Below are positions 35,185 through 40,860 of a stretch of 59,428 nt of DNA, in pieces. The DNA comes from a virus, in the IMG/VR virus record IMGVR_UViG_2866649352_000001, positions 1 to 59,428 of that record; one strand, given 5' to 3'. The notes below the pieces were generated by a model. That model saw only the letters and a list, made by a program, of their open reading frames with translations, searched no databases and was not told the origin of the DNA. Position numbers and translations under genes: made by a program. Each line of letters opens with the position of its first letter. Positions within the stretch are counted from its first letter, which is position 1.

Positions 35185-35241
35185 GTAGTCGATCCACTGG
35201 ATGGGGTTTTGTGGCTTGTGTATGACGGCCTCCTTTCCTAG

Positions 35242-36864
35242 CTAGTAAGTGCGCATTCGGGCCTTGCGGCGGATCTTCATTCGGCCATCTGCGATGGCCT
35301 CACCACGGGCGGCGTATGCCAGGACCGCCGCCATCGCGGCGTCGATCTTCTTCTTGGAGCCCTTGGATTCCTTGGTGATGAGAACGCCCTGGGGGACCTC
35401 GAAGGTCACGGCGTTAGTGATGTGCTGGCGCAGGATCTTGTCGCCGTCATGGCAGATCTCATTGCCTAGAAGAACGGCGGTATGAAAGCGCTCGATCGCG
35501 GCGGCCATCTGCTTGACGCGCTGAGGCGGGAACTCGAAGACGATGTCCCGGCCTTCCTTATCCAGCTCCTTGAAGTCAAGCGACCAGAAACCAATCTGGT
35601 TCTGCCACTGGTTGGGGTCACAGTAGACCCACTCGACCTTGTAGGTCTCGTTGGCGAGCCTCATGGCTCGGTCCACGAGGAACGGGTTAACCTGCCAGTC
35701 CTCGTCCCGTTCGTCCTTTTCCTGAATGTGGATCAGGAACAGCTTCCCGTCGCGGAGACGGCAGCCGACAATGGCTGTGGAATCGGACCGGAGGGAGCCG
35801 TCGAAGCCGATGGCGATCTGGTCGCCCGGCTTGATCGGGTCGTTCCGATCGAAAAGGCTCTCCCACGTGTACTTGTCGATCCAGTTGTCTGCCGATTCCA
35901 TGATTTGGTTGCAGTAGAATCGGTAAAAGACCGCCTTCGGGGTGAGCGGGTCTGTAGCCTTCGAAACCAGACCAGTGACGGGAGCCCAGTAGGAATCTCC
36001 GTACGCGTCCCGGAGGGCCGCAAGAACAGCCTCAGAGTCCGTCAGGTCCTCTACAGGAGCACCTTCACGGCAGTCGTAGAGAAGCTCTGGGAAGTCCTGT
36101 AGGAACTTCTCATAGGTCCGCTGAGCGACGCTCTCCTCATTTGGGTTGAAGGCGTTGGTCGTCTGCATCAAGCGCGAGCCATCGGCCATCGTCTTGTCAG
36201 CGTTACGCTGAAGCGTCTCAAAGACGGTGGGGCCGCCATTCGAGGAGACCCAGTGATGGGTCTCATCGCAAATGACAAAGGTCGGACGGGCACCCTCAAG
36301 TCCACGAGAGGACGAGGCAACTGGCTCAATGCGACCAGGCCGGCCGTCAAGGAACTGGATCCGCTCCTTGCCGATGTCGAGCCCGTAGACGTGCTCGGCG
36401 GGACTTTCCGAGAGCATTCCCCGGATCATGTCGCGGGTCTGCTCGGTCTGGTCTAGAGAGGTGGCAGCGATCTGCACGACGGGCAGCGGAACAGGAATGC
36501 CGATGGGCATTCCCTTGTCGTCTCGGCCACCGAAGCGACAAGGACCGATGAACTCGATGATCGCCAGAGCGGCGAGCAGGGGAGTCTTCCCCCAACCCTT
36601 CGAGCGACGGAGGCTGACCTCTCGATACAGCCAAGGACTGTCCTCTTCCGTGACAGTCGCCTCGTCCTTGATCGCGTAGGCCCAGAGAATGAAGCGCTTC
36701 TGCTCGGCGGTGAACTGCCACGGCTCGCCAGCATGGCGGCCGTCAGGGTGGACGATGTAGGTCTCACACCAGCGGAGAATCTGATATCCGAGAGTGTCCT
36801 TCGGATGCGGAACGCCCTTGGGAAGATTTCCGGTCTGCGGTTCCCAGTCCATTGGGTACGCCAC
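35242..36864 (-). CDS. terL: Terminase large subunit (540 aa)
   Basis: Walker A-like SKGWGKTPLLA; VICDETHHW (Walker B-like); C-terminal nuclease-like IGFDGS...D; GTG after AAGGGGG. Confidence 0.85.
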   Translation of the reverse strand: MAYPMDWEPQTGNLPKGVPHPKDTLGYQILRWCETYIVHPDGRHAGEPWQFTAEQKRFILWAYAIKDEATVTEEDSPWLYREVSLRRSKGWGKTPLLAALAIIEFIGPCRFGGRDDKGMPIGIPVPLPVVQIAATSLDQTEQTRDMIRGMLSESPAEHVYGLDIGKERIQFLDGRPGRIEPVASSSRGLEGARPTFVICDETHHWVSSNGGPTVFETLQRNADKTMADGSRLMQTTNAFNPNEESVAQRTYEKFLQDFPELLYDCREGAPVEDLTDSEAVLAALRDAYGDSYWAPVTGLVSKATDPLTPKAVFYRFYCNQIMESADNWIDKYTWESLFDRNDPIKPGDQIAIGFDGSLRSDSTAIVGCRLRDGKLFLIHIQEKDERDEDWQVNPFLVDRAMRLANETYKVEWVYCDPNQWQNQIGFWSLDFKELDKEGRDIVFEFPPQRVKQMAAAIERFHTAVLLGNEICHDGDKILRQHITNAVTFEVPQGVLITKESKGSKKKIDAAMAAVLAYAARGEAIADGRMKIRRKARMRTY

Positions 36865-36875
36865 CGGTCACCCCC

Positions 36876-37301
36876 TTAGTCGTCGTTTAGTTCCGCAAAC
36901 AGCTCCAGGTCTGCTTCGATGGTTGGCGGTTCGTCTTCTTGGTTCTTCTGGGCGCTCTTGAGCGCATTGACCTTCAGTCGCATACGGTCACCGATGGTTG
37001 CCCCGAGCAGGCTTTCGCACTGGCGAAGCTCGGCTGCCACGAAGTGAGAGCCGGTCTTGATGAACTTCTCGTGCAGTCGTGCCATACGGCGAAGCGTCAG
37101 CCAGTCGGTAGGCATGAACCACTGCGCCTGCTCGCTGTCCGCCCATACGTCGAAGTAGAGCTGCGTCTCGGCGGAGAACGAGCTGCGGTTGGGGAGCTTG
37201 GTGAGACGCTTGTCAATCGGGCCTGCGTACTCCACCAGGTGCGAGGTGTCCACGAGGTTGCGACGAACCGCGTTCGCCTTGGCCGGCCTGCCTCTTGCCA
37301 T
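36876..37301 (-). CDS. terS: Terminase small subunit (141 aa)
   Basis: MARGRPAKANAVRRN... N-terminus; position upstream of terL. Confidence 0.7.
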   Translation of the reverse strand: MARGRPAKANAVRRNLVDTSHLVEYAGPIDKRLTKLPNRSSFSAETQLYFDVWADSEQAQWFMPTDWLTLRRMARLHEKFIKTGSHFVAAELRQCESLLGATIGDRMRLKVNALKSAQKNQEDEPPTIEADLELFAELNDD

Positions 37302-37341
37302 GCGACACCTCCCCCGTGTGCGTGTGGATGAAAGAACTAAG

Positions 37342-37415
37342 TGGTGACCCCGGCGGGAATCGAACCCGCACCACGAGGGTGAGAACCTCGCAACCTCCCG
37401 TTAGTCCACGGGGCC
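37342..37415 (-). tRNA. tRNA-Glu (CTC)
   Basis: Hand-folded cloverleaf: acceptor GGCCCCG/CGGGGTC, anticodon loop TTCTCAC, T-loop TTCGATT, CCA encoded. Confidence 0.8.
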
Positions 37416-37416
37416 G

Positions 37417-37490
37417 TGGCTCCAGGACAAGGATTCGAACCTCGATTGCCGGGTTCAGAGCCCGGCGTCCTACCGTTAGACGATCCTGGA
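37417..37490 (-). tRNA. tRNA-Gln (CTG)
   Basis: Acceptor TCCAGGA/TCCTGGA, anticodon loop CTCTGAA, T-loop TTCGAAT, G73, CCA encoded. Confidence 0.8.
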
Positions 37491-37495
37491 ATGAG

Positions 37496-37568
37496 TTGGC
37501 TAGGCAGGAGTCGAACCCGCACCTTGCGCTTTAGGAGAGCGACGCTCTGTCCATTGAGCTACTAGCCA
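37496..37568 (-). tRNA. tRNA-Arg (CCT)
   Basis: Acceptor TGGCTAG/CTAGCCA, anticodon loop CTCCTAA, T-loop TTCGACT. Confidence 0.75.
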
Positions 37569-37569
37569 G

Positions 37570-37652
37570 CGGAGAATCAGGGATTCGAACCCCGGACGGT
37601 TTTACCCGCGACGGCCTAGCAAGCCGCTGCCATACCATTTGACGAATTCTCC
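37570..37652 (-). tRNA. tRNA-Ser (GCT), class II
   Basis: Acceptor GGAGAAT/ATTCTCC, anticodon loop TTGCTAG, long variable arm, 83 nt. Confidence 0.7.
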
Positions 37653-37653
37653 A

Positions 37654-37728
37654 TGGAGCCCCACACCGGAGTTGAACCGGTATCCTCTGATTGGAAGTCA
37701 GACATCATTGCCGTTAGACCAGTAGGGC
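37654..37728 (-). tRNA. tRNA-Gly (TCC)
   Basis: Acceptor GCCCTAC/GTGGGGC (one G-U), anticodon loop CTTCCAA, T-loop TTCAACT, CCA encoded. Confidence 0.75.
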
Positions 37729-37794
37729 AAGTACACTCTTTGGCTCCGCCGCATGTATGTCTGCGGACTTTGACGGGTAGAGTGCGGACCTTTG

Positions 37795-37867
37795 AGCCCC
37801 TACGAGGTGCTGCCCCCCGCTTTCCTGCTTACAAGGCAGGTACATTCGCTGATATGTTATAAGGGCT
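37795..37867 (-). tRNA. Candidate non-canonical tRNA-Thr (TGT)
   Basis: 73-nt element with an 8-bp acceptor AGCCCTTA/TAGGGGCT, D stem ACAT/ATGT, a perfect anticodon arm CCTGC-CTTGTAA-GCAGG and T stem CGGGG/CCTCG. The T-loop is GGCAGCA (no TTC) and the D-loop has no GG. Confidence 0.35.
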
Positions 37868-37935
37868 GGTTTTCCCACCAGGACCCATAGTCCCTCCATC
37901 TCCTCAGGGTGCTACCCCTCGGATTAACGGGAACG

Positions 37936-38022
37936 CGGAAAGCGGAGGACTCGAACCCCAACAGCAATGCCATCCACCCGTTTTCGAGACGGGGGCCGCA
38001 CCCACAGGCGACATCACTTTCC
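37936..38022 (-). tRNA. tRNA-Ser (CGA), class II
   Basis: Acceptor GGAAAGT/GCTTTCC, anticodon arm CCCGT-CTCGAAA-ACGGG, T-loop TTCGAGT, 87 nt. Confidence 0.7.
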
Positions 38023-38066
38023 ATCGCACGTCGATATTTTTACACGCCTCGACGGCGGGGCGAGAG

Positions 38067-38139
38067 TTGGTCATGTGGGAATTGAACCCACCATCTTCCG
38101 CGTATCAGACGGATGCTTTCACCACTAAGCTAATGACCA
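38067..38139 (-). tRNA. tRNA-Ile (GAT)
   Basis: Acceptor TGGTCAT/ATGACCA, anticodon loop CTGATAC, T-loop TTCAATT. Confidence 0.7.
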
Positions 38140-38141
38140 AG

Positions 38142-38215
38142 TGGAGCCTGAGAGATTCGAACTCTCGGCCTCTGGTTTGCAAGACCAGCGCTCTAACCAT
38201 CTGAGCTAAGGCCCC
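38142..38215 (-). tRNA. tRNA-Ala (TGC)
   Basis: GGGGCCTTAGCTCAGATGGTTAGAGC..., anticodon loop CTTGCAA, T-loop TTCGAAT, A73. Confidence 0.85.
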
Positions 38216-38610
38216 ATGTACTTTCCTGCGCAAGACCTACCGCAGAACGGTCCGGCCTTGCCTTGCTTCCTGTTGTGTCGCACCTTGCGAGCTTCCTTCT
38301 TTGAAGGCGTCTCACAGACAGGGCAGATGAACTCATACCACTCGACGCTCAACCTCAGAGCTGCACTCTTCTTTGCGTTCTCAGAACGAGTGAGCACGGC
38401 AAGGTTGCTGAGATCGTCGTTGGTCTTGTCCTCGTCGATGTGGTCAACGGTTTCGTCCGTGTCGAGCACCCGGCCGAGATGCTGTTCCATCAGGTGCCGG
38501 GAGTAGAGCTTGGTTGTGCGCTTGCCGTTGTCAGTAAGAACCACGTACCTACGCCCGGCAAGCGGTCCACTGTTGTGGACGTAAGGGCCGTTGACCCTGA
38601 GCATAGACAC
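38206..38610 (-). CDS. HNH homing-type endonuclease inserted in the tRNA array (134 aa)
   Basis: The motif ...VDHIDEDKTNDDLSNLAVLTRSEN... is HNH; C-terminal CPVC...C..SC. The last 10 nt, including the TAG stop, are the first 10 nt of tRNA-Ala. Confidence 0.8.
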   Translation of the reverse strand: MSMLRVNGPYVHNSGPLAGRRYVVLTDNGKRTTKLYSRHLMEQHLGRVLDTDETVDHIDEDKTNDDLSNLAVLTRSENAKKSAALRLSVEWYEFICPVCETPSKKEARKVRHNRKQGKAGPFCGRSCAGKYMGP

Positions 38611-38623
38611 GATCCTTTCGAAG

Positions 38624-38696
38624 TAGGCTCGGAGGGACTCGAACCCTCACTACACGGTTTCTAAGACCGCTCTCTCTACCATTGGAGTACGAGCCT
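38624..38696 (-). tRNA. tRNA with anticodon TAG (Leu codon CUA/CUG) but class I (short variable arm) body
   Basis: Acceptor AGGCTCG/CGAGCCT, D-loop AATGGTAG, anticodon arm GCGGT-CTTAGAA-ACCGT, 5-nt variable loop GTAGT, T arm GAGGG-TTCGAGT-CCCTC, A73. Confidence 0.65.
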
Positions 38697-38704
38697 AAGA
38701 AAAT

Positions 38705-38729
38705 ATGGGGTTGGTGGATTCGAACCACC
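38705..38729 (-). pseudogene. Orphan tRNA 3' half (T arm plus acceptor 3' strand) without a matching 5' half
   Basis: Perfect T arm GGTGG-TTCGAAT-CCACC followed by AACCCCA. No complementary TGGGGTT occurs in the next 100 nt (38730-38801), which instead forms GC-rich hairpins. Confidence 0.4.
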
Positions 38730-38801
38730 TCGCGTACCGCAGAGCCAGCCGCTTTCCCATGTGTCCGCGTCCGGACGCCCCGCCCGCCGTCGCGGGCTTT
38801 G

Positions 38802-38875
38802 CTGACCATGCAGGACTCGAACCTGCACCACCGGGATTAACAGTCCCGCGCACTACCTAGTTATGCTAATGGCCA
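38802..38875 (-). tRNA. tRNA-Asn (GTT)
   Basis: Acceptor TGGCCAT/ATGGTCA, anticodon arm CGGGA-CTGTTAA-TCCCG, T-loop TTCGAGT. Confidence 0.8.
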
Positions 38876-38920
38876 TTGAAGAGAAAATGAGGGGGCGCTA
38901 GCTTCCCCCTCATCATGATG

Positions 38921-38993
38921 TAGGTCCACCAGGATTCGAACCTGGACAACTCCGGGTAAGAGCCGGATGCACTGGCCGTTATGCTATAGACCC
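38921..38993 (-). tRNA. tRNA-Lys (CTT)
   Basis: Acceptor GGGTCTA/TGGACCT (two G-U), anticodon arm TCCGG-CTCTTAC-CCGGA, T-loop TTCGAAT. Confidence 0.75.
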
Positions 38994-39049
38994 ATGACGT
39001 AGGCTGTACCGTGCTACGCCCCACGGGAGGGGATTTACAGAACCCTCAG

Positions 39050-39122
39050 TGTGACTCCCAGGAATCGAACCTGAGACCTGCCGGGCTTCAACCGGCCGCT
39101 CTTCCAACTGAGCTAGAGCCAC
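39050..39122 (-). tRNA. tRNA-Phe (GAA)
   Basis: GTGGCTCTAGCTCAGTTGG..., anticodon arm GCCGG-TTGAAGC-CCGGC, T-loop TTCGATT. Confidence 0.85.
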
Positions 39123-39123
39123 A

Positions 39124-39198
39124 TGGAAGCGCCAACGAGATTCGAACTCGTATGAAGCAGGGTTGCAATCTGCTGCCTCACCATTCAGCCATGGCGCT
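39124..39198 (-). tRNA. tRNA-Cys (GCA)
   Basis: Acceptor AGCGCCA/TGGCGCT, anticodon loop TTGCAAC, U73 discriminator, CCA encoded. Confidence 0.75.
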
Positions 39199-39202
39199 TC
39201 GG

Positions 39203-39277
39203 CGATCCGTACCGGATTCGAACCGGCAACCTTCGGCGTGACAAGCCGATGCTCTAACCTGATTGAGCTAACAGACC
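39203..39277 (-). tRNA. tRNA-Asp (GTC)
   Basis: Acceptor GGTCTGT/ACGGATC (G-U pairs), anticodon arm TCGGC-TTGTCAC-GCCGA, G73. Confidence 0.75.
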
Positions 39278-39282
39278 GAGAG

Positions 39283-39354
39283 TACCCGTTCCAGGATTCG
39301 AACCCGGATTCCGAGGTTCGTAGCCTCGTGCTCTATCCGTTGAACTAAACGGGC
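39283..39354 (-). tRNA. tRNA-Arg (ACG)
   Basis: Acceptor GCCCGTT/AACGGGT, anticodon arm CGAGG-CTACGAA-CCTCG, T-loop TTCGAAT. Confidence 0.8.
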
Positions 39355-39406
39355 ATAGAGCAGGCGGAGCCTGCTCCAAGAGGGGACAACCTACGTTGTC
39401 CCTGAG

Positions 39407-39479
39407 GGTGACCAGAGGGAGTTGAACCCTCGCCTACAGGATCACAACCTGTCGTGCAAACCCTTTACACCTTGGCCAC
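39407..39479 (-). tRNA. tRNA-His (GTG)
   Basis: Acceptor GTGGCCA/TGGTCAC, anticodon arm ACAGG-TTGTGAT-CCTGT, C73; no encoded G-1 seen. Confidence 0.75.
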
Positions 39480-39481
39480 AG

Positions 39482-39553
39482 TAGATCCTCTTGGATTCGA
39501 ACCAAGGCCAACCTGTTTGTAGGACAGGCGCTCTTCCGCTGAGCTAAGGATCC
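39482..39553 (-). tRNA. tRNA-Val (TAC)
   Basis: Acceptor GGATCCT/AGGATCT, anticodon arm CCTGT-CCTACAA-ACAGG, with C rather than U at position 33, which is atypical. Confidence 0.65.
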
Positions 39554-39579
39554 ATAAGCACGGCGGAGCCGTGCTGACG

Positions 39580-39652
39580 TCGCGGACGCCTGGAGTTGCA
39601 CCAGGGGCCTTCGGGTTATGAGCCCGCTGCTCTACTACTGAGCTACGCCGCG
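39580..39652 (-). tRNA. tRNA-Met-type (CAT); initiator, elongator or Ile2 identity unresolved
   Basis: 5' CGCGGCG TA GCTC...; anticodon arm GCGGG-CTCATAA-CCCGA (three G-C pairs next to the loop); T arm CCTGG-TGCAACT-CCAGG (non-canonical loop); acceptor 3' strand CG(T)CCGCG needs one bulged T. Confidence 0.55.
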
Positions 39653-39710
39653 TAGTGGCTTTTGACCGGAGCCTCCAACCGGAACGATTCTTATGGCGTC
39701 GATCTACCCG

Positions 39711-39783
39711 TATACCCAGAGGGATTCGAACCCCCACCCCCGTGGTCCCAAACCACGTGCTCTAGCCATTAAGCTACGGGTAT
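39711..39783 (-). tRNA. tRNA-Pro (TGG)
   Basis: Acceptor ATACCCG/TGGGTAT, anticodon arm CGTGG-TTTGGGA-CCACG, T-loop TTCGAAT. Confidence 0.75.
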
Positions 39784-39926
39784 ATGTTTGTGGGCTGGTG
39801 AGTCTGTCAAGTACTCACACTTAGCTGTGAACAGAGCCCACTGAAATCCGGACCTCACATGCTGACGGAGTCAGCAGGCTTGAACCTGCAAGCTCCGCTT
39901 GCATGTAAGGGAACGGATGGTTTAAG

Positions 39927-39999
39927 CACGACGGGTAGGACTCGAACCTACACACACTGGTTTTGGAGACCAGCGCTCTTCCAATTGAGCTACCGACGC
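39927..39999 (-). tRNA. tRNA-Trp (CCA)
   Basis: Acceptor GCGTCGG/CCGTCGT (one U-U mismatch), anticodon arm CTGGT-CTCCAAA-ACCAG, G73. Confidence 0.7.
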
Positions 40000-40000
40000 A

Positions 40001-40083
40001 TGGTGCGCAGGGTAGGAGTCGAACCTACACAGCCAAGGGCGCCTGGTTTACAGCCAGGGCGACTCGCCAATGTCCGCCTACGC
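40001..40083 (-). tRNA. tRNA-Tyr (GTA), class II
   Basis: Acceptor GCGTAGG/CCTGCGC, anticodon arm CCTGG-CTGTAAA-CCAGG, 13-nt variable arm, CCA encoded. Confidence 0.75.
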
Positions 40084-40229
40084 ATGTTCCCTCCACTCTT
40101 GGCAGGCCGTCTGAGAGACCCTCAACCGCGTTACGGAGGGGCTTGGTGGGGGCGCCAGGCGGGAGAGGGGACCTGGCGCCCCAAGGCCGGGGGAGCGGCT
40201 CAGAGAGCGCTCAACCGCGACCAGGTCTG

Positions 40230-40391
40230 TCACGCTTCGATCCACACGACGGGGCCGGAGGAGAACTTCCCAACGCGGACTTCGTCTACGTCTCCCATCT
40301 CGACTTCGCCGTACCCCATGTACTCCAGGACCTGGACCGGAAGGTCCTGTGGGACCTCCTGAAGCTTCTCGATCAGCTCCGCTACCGTCAT
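40230..40391 (-). CDS. Hypothetical acidic protein (53 aa)
   Basis: MTVAELIEKLQEVPQDLPVQVLEYMGYGEVEMGD...; ATGA overlap with the HNH stop. Confidence 0.45.
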   Translation of the reverse strand: MTVAELIEKLQEVPQDLPVQVLEYMGYGEVEMGDVDEVRVGKFSSGPVVWIEA

Positions 40392-40738
40392 CGGCTCTCC
40401 CTCGATCGCTGGAGGCCCCTCCGGGCCTCCTCCTGTGTCTTCTTCCGACTGTCGTCGGGGCAGAGGGTCTGAAGGTTGTTCTTCGACCATCGGCCCTTCT
40501 CCGCAACCGGGTTGATGTGATCAACGATGTTGCCAGGCCGCCCACACTTGACGCAGCGGCCCTTGTCCCTCCGGAGCACATCGCGACGGAGGCTCTCCCA
40601 GTTCCCCGGCCTGGCGGCCTGCCACCGGCCCTTGGCGTTGGCGCCCTTGGTGAAGGGCGCCGGCCTGTGCTCGTCGCAGTGGCTACCCCGAGTAGCCACC
40701 TTCCGGCAGTCGAGGCAGAGCCGCGGGGCTCTGGGCAT
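40388..40738 (-). CDS. HNH endonuclease (terminase-associated type, 116 aa)
   Basis: CLDC...HC..H, then C.KCGRPGNIVDHINPVAEKG...NNLQTLC is HNH with zinc knuckles; GGAGG RBS. Confidence 0.8.
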   Translation of the reverse strand: MPRAPRLCLDCRKVATRGSHCDEHRPAPFTKGANAKGRWQAARPGNWESLRRDVLRRDKGRCVKCGRPGNIVDHINPVAEKGRWSKNNLQTLCPDDSRKKTQEEARRGLQRSRESR

Positions 40739-40765
40739 CAGCCCCTCCGGATGAAAGAAGTTTCT

Positions 40766-40860
40766 CTAAGAGCCACCGAAGGTGGCTCTCTTAAGAGAGA
40801 CAGCCCTTTAGGGGCTGTCTCTAAGTAAGTAGTTAGTAGCAACCCCTTAGGGGTTGCTTA
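40766..40860. repeat. Three consecutive strong hairpins upstream of the late (minus-strand) operon
   Basis: Hairpins agagccacc-gaa-ggtggctct (extended imperfectly), gagacagccc-ttta-ggggctgtctc and agcaacccc-ttag-gggttgct, separated by TAAG/TAGT-rich linkers with stops in all frames. Confidence 0.7.

Noticed and set aside
35185-35241. A strong GGAAAGGAGG lies 45 nt upstream of the portal ATG, and terL and portal are in the same frame separated by TAG plus 19 sense codons. This raised the possibility of a non-canonical (ATA) start or terL-portal read-through.
   Set aside because: There is no ATG, GTG or TTG in the 19 codons. A single ATA at good spacing is weak evidence, and the read-through fusion has no precedent that I know. 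The first ATG (35184) was kept.
37342-40083. Periodic repeats of about 75 nt (recurrent GGATTCGAACC-type strings) that might suggest a CRISPR array or tandem repeat.
   Set aside because: The repeated unit is the conserved tRNA T arm. The intervening sequences fold as distinct tRNAs, and there is no repeat-spacer regularity or cas gene.
37295-40581. Numerous 60-170-aa ORFs on both strands across the tRNA array (for example 37295..37534, 37653..37862, 38549..38809, 39011..39241, 39465..39737, 39859..40362, 39963..40472, 40078..40581).
   Set aside because: They coincide with well-folded tRNA genes or GC-rich spacers, lack RBSs and have Arg/Pro/Gly-rich off-frame composition. Only the HNH gene (38206..38610) and the 53-aa ORF (40230..40391) look coding.
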